Assembly (NCBI RefSeq): GCF_056746865.1
Contig: NZ_CM163382.1
DNA: 64,000 nt
Reading direction: 5' to 3' (one strand)
This document shows, in pieces, positions 56,551-64,000 of this stretch. The notes under the pieces were generated by a model. The model did not search any database and had not been told where the DNA came from. It was given only the letters and a program-made list of their open reading frames with translations. The translations under genes were made by a program, and so were the position numbers. Numbering within the stretch: position 1 is the stretch's first letter; each line of letters starts with the position of its first letter.

Positions 56551-57670
56551 ACATAATCTCAATTATCTTTTTTGCCCAATTGTCCCAATGCAATATTTTA
56601 TTATATCTAACTCTTGCGTTTTGGGAGTAGTTTTGATAAGTCTCTACGGAGCTAATTATTTTATGAATTGCATTTCCAAAGTGCTTATAGTCTGACGAGT
56701 CTTTAATTAATATCCCCGTCCTTTCGTTGATAACTATAGAACTAATTCCACCTGTATCTGTGGCGACAACTGGCAATCCATAAGCTGCAGCTTCACAAAA
56801 TACCATTCCGTAACATTCAGCAATGGTTGGTAAAAGAAGTATATCAGCGTTAGATAACACATCGATGAATTTCTGATATTCTTCAACGTTATTTTTATTT
56901 ATTTTATCAATTAATTCAACCCAAGCAGGTAAAATCTCTTGATTCGGAGTACATCCACAAATTTTTAGTCTAACATCGATCCCATATAACTCTCTTACAT
57001 ATTCAATTGCTTTCAATGCTGTTTTACCACCTTTTCTTTCCCAATCGACCCCCAAGAAAAGACAAGTATAACTAATCTTTTGAATTATAGTTTTATTAGC
57101 AAAATGAATATCTTCAAATAAATTAGCCCCCCATGGTATTTCAACTAATTTATCAGAATCCAATCTGTAATAGTCCTTGCAAAAATCCATTGCCCATTTA
57201 GATGGGAAAGATACGACTGTTGCTTTTTCAATAGCCTTGCGTTCGATTAAACTTGCATCCTCATCATTTATAATTGTTTTTTTATTTAAATTCGGATAAT
57301 AGTTTTTTAATTGATCATATGTTGTATCCGATAGATATATTATTGGTATATTTGTTTCTAAAAAAGCAATTTGTGAAGAACCTGCAGGTGCAATAATAAA
57401 ATCCAAACCATCAATTTTTTTTAATTTTCTCTCAAATATTCTACCGTAATACTTGGAAAGCAACTTCGAACGACTATAATCATATTCCTTTCCGAAACAC
57501 CTTAATATTAATTTATATGCTTTTAACATGTATACCATATAGCTATTTACCGGTCCTAATATTTCAATGGAAATATTTCTCTTCGATAATGCCTTTAGCA
57601 TATAATAAGGTGTGCCAGACCAACTGGATGTAGATAGTGGATCATAAGCAGATAAAAAAGCCACTTTCAT
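56522..57670 (-). CDS. GT4-family glycosyltransferase
   Basis: 382-aa ORF with the C-terminal region typical of retaining GT4 enzymes. Confidence 0.7.
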   Translation of the reverse strand: MKVAFLSAYDPLSTSSWSGTPYYMLKALSKRNISIEILGPVNSYMVYMLKAYKLILRCFGKEYDYSRSKLLSKYYGRIFERKLKKIDGLDFIIAPAGSSQIAFLETNIPIIYLSDTTYDQLKNYYPNLNKKTIINDEDASLIERKAIEKATVVSFPSKWAMDFCKDYYRLDSDKLVEIPWGANLFEDIHFANKTIIQKISYTCLFLGVDWERKGGKTALKAIEYVRELYGIDVRLKICGCTPNQEILPAWVELIDKINKNNVEEYQKFIDVLSNADILLLPTIAECYGMVFCEAAAYGLPVVATDTGGISSIVINERTGILIKDSSDYKHFGNAIHKIISSVETYQNYSQNARVRYNKILHWDNWAKKIIEIMYEHKNRRTK

Positions 57671-57736
57671 TAAATACCCTTTAATAACATATCAAACTAT
57701 ACATTTATTTAATAACACCATCATTAAATGCATATT

Positions 57737-58702
57737 CTAATGGCATTTGCTACCTTTATTTCGTTTGAAGTTAAACATAACATTCAAACATCTTTTCATC
57801 TTATTAAACTCACCTCTTCTAGCACGGTTAAATGCTACAACAAAGAGTGACAACCATACCGTCCAATAATATTGTGGATAAAACTTTTCTGTAATGACCA
57901 GCCTATTTTTTATTGAACAAAGGTCAGCTATCATACTCTTTCCCCCATCAGTACTTGCACCTATCTTATGATAAACCAAACTATCTGAGCAAATACCTAA
58001 TTTAAAGTTCTTTGCTTTTGCTCTGAGGCAAATATCTAACTCTTCATAGTATAAAAAATATTCTTCATTCATCAATCCAACTGTTTCCAAACATTCTCTA
58101 GAGAAAAACATTGATGCGCCAATTATATAATCTATATTATTGCTAATGACTTCATCATCATATTTTTTGGAAACTAATCTTCCCATCTCATAATTTTTTG
58201 TAGTGCATAACCATCTGTAATGTACCCCACCCAGTCCTTGCTGCATCTCTCTATCGGTAAAATAGACTAAACGAGAACCGCAAATCCCTATATTTTTATC
58301 TGAATCACATTTACTAATTAAATGAGTTAAAGCCTCTTTATCCACTTCAGTATCATTATTCAGAACCCAGACGTATTTCATATCCTCCTGATTAAGTGCG
58401 AGCTCTATTCCAATGTTATTACCACTTGCGTACCCATTATTTTTCGGAGATTGTATTAATATGATTTTATCGTTTTCTAATGTTTGATATTTACTTCTAT
58501 CCTCATACTTCACCTCAATGAAACTTTTACCAGTAATATATAATGCATTAAGATTTTCTTTTATAGAATCATATGAGTTATCCGTAGAACAGTTATCAAC
58601 AACGATAATTTTATAATCATCATAATTTAAATTCATTAAACTTTTAACACAATTAATGGTATCTATAGCCCCATTCCAATTTAACACTACAATATATATC
58701 AT
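57737..58702 (-). CDS. GT2-family glycosyltransferase
   Basis: MIYIVVLNWNGAIDTINCVKSL...VDNCSTDNS, the GT2 N-terminal signature. Confidence 0.8.
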   Translation of the reverse strand: MIYIVVLNWNGAIDTINCVKSLMNLNYDDYKIIVVDNCSTDNSYDSIKENLNALYITGKSFIEVKYEDRSKYQTLENDKIILIQSPKNNGYASGNNIGIELALNQEDMKYVWVLNNDTEVDKEALTHLISKCDSDKNIGICGSRLVYFTDREMQQGLGGVHYRWLCTTKNYEMGRLVSKKYDDEVISNNIDYIIGASMFFSRECLETVGLMNEEYFLYYEELDICLRAKAKNFKLGICSDSLVYHKIGASTDGGKSMIADLCSIKNRLVITEKFYPQYYWTVWLSLFVVAFNRARRGEFNKMKRCLNVMFNFKRNKGSKCH

Positions 58703-59979
58703 CAGGCTACCCTTTTTTTCATAAGATTATTACAACGATAACTCATATAAAAAAGCATCAAAAAATCAATTATCACTCGAATTGTCCATAACCACGCCAC
58801 ACCAATAACCCCACATTCCTTTGAAATTATATATAACATTATCAAATAAGGAATAAATTCCATCATATGGATGTATGCAGTGTATTTTGCTTTTCCAAAT
58901 GCCTGTATATTGGCAAAAGAGATTTGTGAATAACAGTTAAAGATATACCCTATAAGCATAATCCGTAATATTTCGACTGAAATCCCTGCATACTCAGCCC
59001 CCATCCACAATGTTAAAATAAACTTTGCGTAGTAATATATAAATAAAACCAAAGGCAATACAATGACAGTCATTAATATATACGCTTTTTTTTGTTCTGC
59101 ATATGACGCTGTAAAACTACTTGCATGGCTTAATTTTGGAAAAACAGCTTTCCCAAGAGAGCCTGGAACTATTCCAAGCCTAGTTACCAGCTCATTAGGG
59201 ACTGTATAGAATGATATTTTTGATGCTCCCTGGATATGAGATAGAATAAATCTATCCATACTCGCTAATATAGGAGATATTATGTTACTTATAGTTACCC
59301 ACCCGCCATATCTAAATAACCGTTTTAAAACAGTTATTGAAAAAAATGAAATATCGATAGTTATTCTTTTCCTGCTCATAATGTAGCTTAACCACAAGCA
59401 TATAACTCTTGCAATAGCTACACCAATAATTGCAGAAAAAAGTGTTTGATTAATTAAAACAAATAATGCAGGCAACCCTGCAATTAAAGAATTCCCTAAA
59501 CTTTTTTGTATATTTAGGATTCCAAAATATTCCCGCCCCTCAAGCTCTGCTAATAGTATTTGCGTGACTAAGAATACAGGTATCAGAGATGATAATAATA
59601 TTAGAGACTTTATCGCATCGACGTAGTATATTGGTGACATATTTAACAGTTCAATAATATGGTCTTTAAGCAGAAACACTCCCCCGCCTCCGATACCCCC
59701 TAAAAATACCACAGCAATAATAGAAGTTACTATTATCGTATTACAATCGTCCAGTCTGTTTTTTAGTAATGCTATTTCGCGTACTACAGCTCTTGTTAAC
59801 CCAGCATCAAATATACTAGCATACCCTATAAAAATCATTGATAAAGTATACAAACCAAATAGTTCTACACCAATTTCCCTTGCAATTAATCCAAACGCTG
59901 GGATTGCAATTAATGTTGGTATAAAGTAGCCCGCAACATTCCATATACTATGTTTTAAGAGAGACATTTCAATACTCAC
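58702..59979 (-). CDS. wzx: O-antigen flippase Wzx
   Basis: 425-aa, 12-transmembrane-type protein immediately after rmlC. Confidence 0.8.
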   Translation of the reverse strand: MSIEMSLLKHSIWNVAGYFIPTLIAIPAFGLIAREIGVELFGLYTLSMIFIGYASIFDAGLTRAVVREIALLKNRLDDCNTIIVTSIIAVVFLGGIGGGGVFLLKDHIIELLNMSPIYYVDAIKSLILLSSLIPVFLVTQILLAELEGREYFGILNIQKSLGNSLIAGLPALFVLINQTLFSAIIGVAIARVICLWLSYIMSRKRITIDISFFSITVLKRLFRYGGWVTISNIISPILASMDRFILSHIQGASKISFYTVPNELVTRLGIVPGSLGKAVFPKLSHASSFTASYAEQKKAYILMTVIVLPLVLFIYYYAKFILTLWMGAEYAGISVEILRIMLIGYIFNCYSQISFANIQAFGKAKYTAYIHMMEFIPYLIMLYIISKECGVIGVAWLWTIRVIIDFLMLFYMSYRCNNLMKKRVA

Positions 59980-60511
59980 TTAGTTCTAATTTTTCCCCAT
60001 TTGCATCCTTATCAGACAGAGTAATCAGTGCTGTCCTTGGCCATTTAATATTAAGCAAGGGGTCATTCCAGATAATATTTCGTTCATGTGATGGAGCATA
60101 ATATTGATTCGTTTTATATAAAACTTCTGCTAAATCACTAAGTACCAAAAATCCATGAGCAAATCCTTCAGGTATCCACAACTGACGCTTGTTCTCAGCA
60201 GACAAATTCACCCCAACCCATTTCCCAAATGTACCTGACGATTTACGAATATCAACTGCTACATCAAAAACCTCACCGACCACACAACGAACTAATTTAC
60301 CTTGAGCATAAGGTTCCAGCTGATAGTGCAATCCGCGTAATACACCCTTAATTGATTTAGAATGGTTATCCTGAACAAATTCAACCTTACGCCCTACAGC
60401 CTCTTCGAAAACTTTCTGATTAAAGCTTTCCATAAAAAAACCGCGCTCATCACCAAAAACTTCCGGTTCCAAAATTAATACATCAGGAATTTCAGTTTTA
60501 ATTACATTCAT
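59969..60511 (-). CDS. rmlC: dTDP-4-dehydrorhamnose 3,5-epimerase
   Basis: MNVIKTEIPDVLILEPEVFGDERGFFMESF... Confidence 0.95.
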   Translation of the reverse strand: MNVIKTEIPDVLILEPEVFGDERGFFMESFNQKVFEEAVGRKVEFVQDNHSKSIKGVLRGLHYQLEPYAQGKLVRCVVGEVFDVAVDIRKSSGTFGKWVGVNLSAENKRQLWIPEGFAHGFLVLSDLAEVLYKTNQYYAPSHERNIIWNDPLLNIKWPRTALITLSDKDANGEKLELSEY

Positions 60512-60513
60512 TT

Positions 60514-61392
60514 TTAGTAACCTTTAATCATTTTTAGCAGATACTGACCATAAGCATTTTTCTTTAGTGGTTCTGCTAATACATTAACCTGCTCAGCGTC
60601 AATAAAGCCTTTACGATAAGCAATTTCTTCCGGGCAAGATACCTTTAAACCTTGTCGCTCTTCAATTGTTGCAATGAAGTTACTTGCTTCAATCAGACTT
60701 TGATGTGTCCCCGTGTCTAACCATGCATAACCACGGCCCATCATGGCAACAGATAAACGCCCCTGTTCCATATAGACACGGTTAATATCGGTAATTTCCA
60801 GTTCACCACGGGCAGAAGGCTTAAGGTTTTTCGCCATTTCCACAACGTCGTTATCATAGAAATAAAGCCCGGTTACCGCATAATTACTTTTTGGTTGTAA
60901 CGGTTTTTCTTCCAAGCTGATTGCAGTACCGTTTTTATCAAACTCAACGACACCATAGCGTTCAGGATCATTTACGTGATAGGCAAATACCGTTGCACCA
61001 CTTTCTTTGTTAACAGCGGCATCCATTAACCTCGGCAGATCGTGACCGTAAAAGATATTATCACCAAGAATCAAAGCACAATCATCACCACCAATAAACT
61101 CTTCACCGATAATAAATGCCTGCGCAAGCCCATCTGGAGTCAGTTGCACTTTGTACTGAAGATTTAGCCCCCACTGGCTACCGTCACCCAGCAGTTGTTG
61201 AAAACGAGGAGTATCCTGTGGCGTACTAATAATCAAAATATCGCGAATACCCGCCAACATCAGTGTAGAGAGCGGGTAATAGATCATCGGTTTATCATAA
61301 ATCGGTAATAGCTGTTTACTGACTGCCATAGTCACAGGATAAAGACGAGTACCAGAACCACCCGCTAAAATAATACCCTTACGCGTTTTCAT
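60514..61392 (-). CDS. rmlA: glucose-1-phosphate thymidylyltransferase
   Basis: [60 protein letters not shown]... Confidence 0.97.
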   Translation of the reverse strand: MKTRKGIILAGGSGTRLYPVTMAVSKQLLPIYDKPMIYYPLSTLMLAGIRDILIISTPQDTPRFQQLLGDGSQWGLNLQYKVQLTPDGLAQAFIIGEEFIGGDDCALILGDNIFYGHDLPRLMDAAVNKESGATVFAYHVNDPERYGVVEFDKNGTAISLEEKPLQPKSNYAVTGLYFYDNDVVEMAKNLKPSARGELEITDINRVYMEQGRLSVAMMGRGYAWLDTGTHQSLIEASNFIATIEERQGLKVSCPEEIAYRKGFIDAEQVNVLAEPLKKNAYGQYLLKMIKGY

Positions 61393-61449
61393 TTCATCAT
61401 TCCTTTTAATTCATCTTGCTCCATCATCACGAACAAGATGCAAAAACTA

Positions 61450-62349
61450 TTAAATTGCTGTAGTCGTAAATAATTCGTTGAGCATGCGTTTCACACCAAC
61501 CTGCCAGTCAGGCAAGACAAGCGCAAAATTCTGCCGAAATTTTTCTGTATTAAGTCGAGAGTTATGTGGACGACAAGCTGGTGTAGGATAGGCTGTCGTT
61601 GGTACCGCATTGAGTTTGTTGAGTGCGAGGGGAATATCTGCTTTGCGCGCCTCTTCAAAAACCAGCGCAGCATAATCGTACCAGGTCGTGGTACCACTGG
61701 CTACCAGATGGTACAAGCCTGCGACATCCGGTTTATTCAGTGCGACACGAATGGCATGTGCTGTACAATCGGCCAGAAGCTCAGCACCCGTTGGTGCGCC
61801 AAATTGATCGTTTATCACAGCCAACTCTTCGCGTTCTTTTGCCAGACGCAACATCGTTTTGGCAAAATTATTTCCTTTACCAGCGTATACCCAGCTGGTA
61901 CGGAAAATAAGATGCTTTGCGCAATGTTCTTGTAACGCTTTTTCCCCAGCTAGCTTAGTTTCACCGTAAACATTTAGCGGCGCTGTTGCATCCGTTTCCA
62001 GCCATGGCCTGTCACCACTGCCAGGGAAAACATAATCGGTGGAGTAGTGTATAACCCAAGCTCCAACTTCATTTGCTGCTTTCGCAATCGCTTCGACACT
62101 TGTTGCGTTAAGTAATTGTGCAAACTCCGGTTCTGATTCTGCTTTGTCTACTGCGGTGTGAGCGGCTGCGTTGACAATAATATCAGGCCGAATGCTTCTT
62201 ACGGTTTCAGCTACACCTTCAGGATTACTAAAATCACCACAGTAATCAGTGGAGTGAACATCAAGAGCAATCAAATTACCCAAAGGTGCCAGAGCACGCT
62301 GTAGTTCCCAACCTACCTGCCCTGTTTTGCCGAATAGGAGGATATTCAT
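61450..62349 (-). CDS. rmlD: dTDP-4-dehydrorhamnose reductase
   Basis: [33 protein letters not shown]... Confidence 0.95.
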   Translation of the reverse strand: MNILLFGKTGQVGWELQRALAPLGNLIALDVHSTDYCGDFSNPEGVAETVRSIRPDIIVNAAAHTAVDKAESEPEFAQLLNATSVEAIAKAANEVGAWVIHYSTDYVFPGSGDRPWLETDATAPLNVYGETKLAGEKALQEHCAKHLIFRTSWVYAGKGNNFAKTMLRLAKEREELAVINDQFGAPTGAELLADCTAHAIRVALNKPDVAGLYHLVASGTTTWYDYAALVFEEARKADIPLALNKLNAVPTTAYPTPACRPHNSRLNTEKFRQNFALVLPDWQVGVKRMLNELFTTTAI

Positions 62350-63434
62350 TACTGGCGGCCCTCATAGTTCTGTTCAATCCACGATTGATAGGCGCCACTT
62401 TTCACATTATCAACCCATTTTGTATTGGACAGGTACCATTCCACCGTCTTTCGAATCCCGCTCTCAAACGTTTCTTGCGGTTTCCAGCCCAATTCACGGC
62501 TAATTTTATCGGCATCGATCGCATAACGGCGATCATGCCCTGGGCGATCAGCAACATAAGTAATTTGCTCACGATAAGATTTCTCTTTCGGTACAATCTC
62601 ATCCAGCAAATTACAAATAGTGAGCACTACATCAATGTTTTTCTTTTCGTTGTGCCCACCAATGTTATAAGTTTCACCCGCTTTACCTTCGGTTACGACG
62701 GTATATAATGCACGCGCATGATCTTCAACATACAGCCAATCACGAATTTGATCCCCTTTGCCATAAATAGGTAATGCCTTACCTTCCAGAGCATTAAGAA
62801 TTACTAGTGGAATCAATTTTTCCGGAAAGTGATAAGGACCGTAGTTATTCGAACAGTTAGTCACAATGGTCGGTAAACCATAGGTACGTTTCCACGCGCG
62901 GACTAAATGATCGCTGGATGCTTTGGATGCGGAATAAGGGCTGCTTGGTGCGTAAGCTGTTGTCTCAATAAATAAGGGTAATTTTTCTTTATTATTTACT
63001 TCGTCAGGATGAGGCAAATCACCATAGACTTCGTCAGTAGAAATATGATGAAAACGGAAGCTATTTTTCTTGTCGCTATCAAGAGCAGACCAGTAATTGC
63101 GAGCAGCTTCCAAAAGGACATAAGTACCAACAATATTGGTTTCAATAAATGCCGCAGGGCCTGTAATTGAACGGTCAACATGGCTTTCAGCAGCCAGGTG
63201 CATCACTGCATCCGGCTGATGCTGAGAAAAAATTCGCGCCATTGCAGCAGCATCGCAAATATCCGCATGTTCAAAAACATAGCGTTCAGAATCAGAAACA
63301 TCAGCAAGTGATTCCAGGTTTCCGGCGTACGTTAATTTATCGACATTAACAACACTATCCTGCGTATTATTTATAATGTGACGAACTATAGCAGAACCAA
63401 TAAATCCTGCGCCACCAGTAACAAGTATCTTCAC
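62349..63434 (-). CDS. rmlB: dTDP-glucose 4,6-dehydratase
   Basis: [43 protein letters not shown]... Confidence 0.97.
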   Translation of the reverse strand: MKILVTGGAGFIGSAIVRHIINNTQDSVVNVDKLTYAGNLESLADVSDSERYVFEHADICDAAAMARIFSQHQPDAVMHLAAESHVDRSITGPAAFIETNIVGTYVLLEAARNYWSALDSDKKNSFRFHHISTDEVYGDLPHPDEVNNKEKLPLFIETTAYAPSSPYSASKASSDHLVRAWKRTYGLPTIVTNCSNNYGPYHFPEKLIPLVILNALEGKALPIYGKGDQIRDWLYVEDHARALYTVVTEGKAGETYNIGGHNEKKNIDVVLTICNLLDEIVPKEKSYREQITYVADRPGHDRRYAIDADKISRELGWKPQETFESGIRKTVEWYLSNTKWVDNVKSGAYQSWIEQNYEGRQ

Positions 63435-63508
63435 TTATTTATTCCATATAACTTCAGAGCATGCTGTGAAATAAGCGGCTCTTAGGTTGATTAATAGAGG
63501 TGTTAATG

Positions 63509-63520
63509 CACGCTACCGCC
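63509..63520 (-). promoter_or_regulatory. ops element (GGCGGTAGCGTG on the minus strand) within the JUMPstart region upstream of rmlB
   Basis: Plus strand reads cacgctaccgcc at 63509-63520, the reverse complement of the RfaH-dependent ops consensus, in the galF-rmlB intergenic leader. Confidence 0.85.
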
Positions 63521-63806
63521 CCTGGCTTTACAGCTACCAGAGCACTACATGCATGTCTACGATGTGACGAGCGTTACCCACTCGCGCTAAACCCGAAAAA
63601 TTCAAACGCTAATTGTCTTACCAATCCGCTCTGGAAACAAGGAAAATCCTGGAAAACTTTGACTAAAATCCTATTGCTAAGTCGTTGTTATTCTGATTGT
63701 TTATATAAAACAACGGCAGGAAAATTCGCAACAAATTACTTTCGCCGCTAATCTTCACTGCCGTTATAATTTTCTTATCAACCGTTACATCCGGTCAGAT
63801 TTTCAT

Positions 63807-64000
63807 TATTCGCTTAACAGCTTCTCAATCCCTTTACGGAACTTCGCCCCTTCTTTGAGGTTGCGTAGTCCATACTTCACGAACGCTTGCATATAACCCA
63901 TTTTTTTACCGCAGTCGTAGCTGTCGCCGGTCATCAGCATGGCATCAACGGACTGTTTTTTCGCCAGTTCGGCAATGGCATCAGTCAGCTGAATACGTCC
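63807..64000 (-). CDS. galF: UTP-glucose-1-phosphate uridylyltransferase subunit GalF, 3' end (gene runs off window)
   Basis: Minus-strand translation ...[44 protein letters not shown], stop at 63807-63809. Confidence 0.85.

Overview
This window looks like an Escherichia coli-type chromosome segment in two parts. Coordinates 1-25800 are a mosaic, IS-rich accessory island of the CP4-44/CP4-57 kind; 25800-64000 is conserved backbone (yeeX-yeeA-sbmC-dacD-sbcB-yeeDE-plaP-yeeYZ-yoeB/yefM, the complete hisLGDCBHAFI operon, wzzB-ugd-gnd) followed by a complete O-antigen gene cluster on the minus strand (rmlBDAC, wzx, glycosyltransferases, wzy, fnlABC, wbuBC) ending at the ops/JUMPstart element and the 3' end of galF. 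The island carries three IS elements with visible target-site duplications or inverted repeats (an ISL3-like element, an IS66-family element nested in an IS21 remnant, and an IS21-family element splitting a YeeP-like GTPase gene), an AlpA-like regulator, a YagK/YfjJ-like gene, zinc-ribbon genes, and a CP4-44-like module (DUF932, KlcA antirestriction, RadC-like, YeeT, CbeA, frameshifted CbtA, YeeW). The most interesting element is a translationally coupled three-gene operon (16138-20503): a CrfC/YjdA-like dynamin-like GTPase, a YjcZ-like partner and a patatin-like phospholipase, preceded by three clustered GATC sites. It sits where K-12 carries flu (antigen 43) and is followed by two secreted proteins, one Ivy-like. 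I regard it as a candidate undescribed membrane-targeting defence or abortive-infection system, possibly under Dam-dependent phase variation. All calls come from reading the sequence and recalled family motifs; no database search was run, and several pseudogene calls rest on single-base indels that could be sequencing errors.
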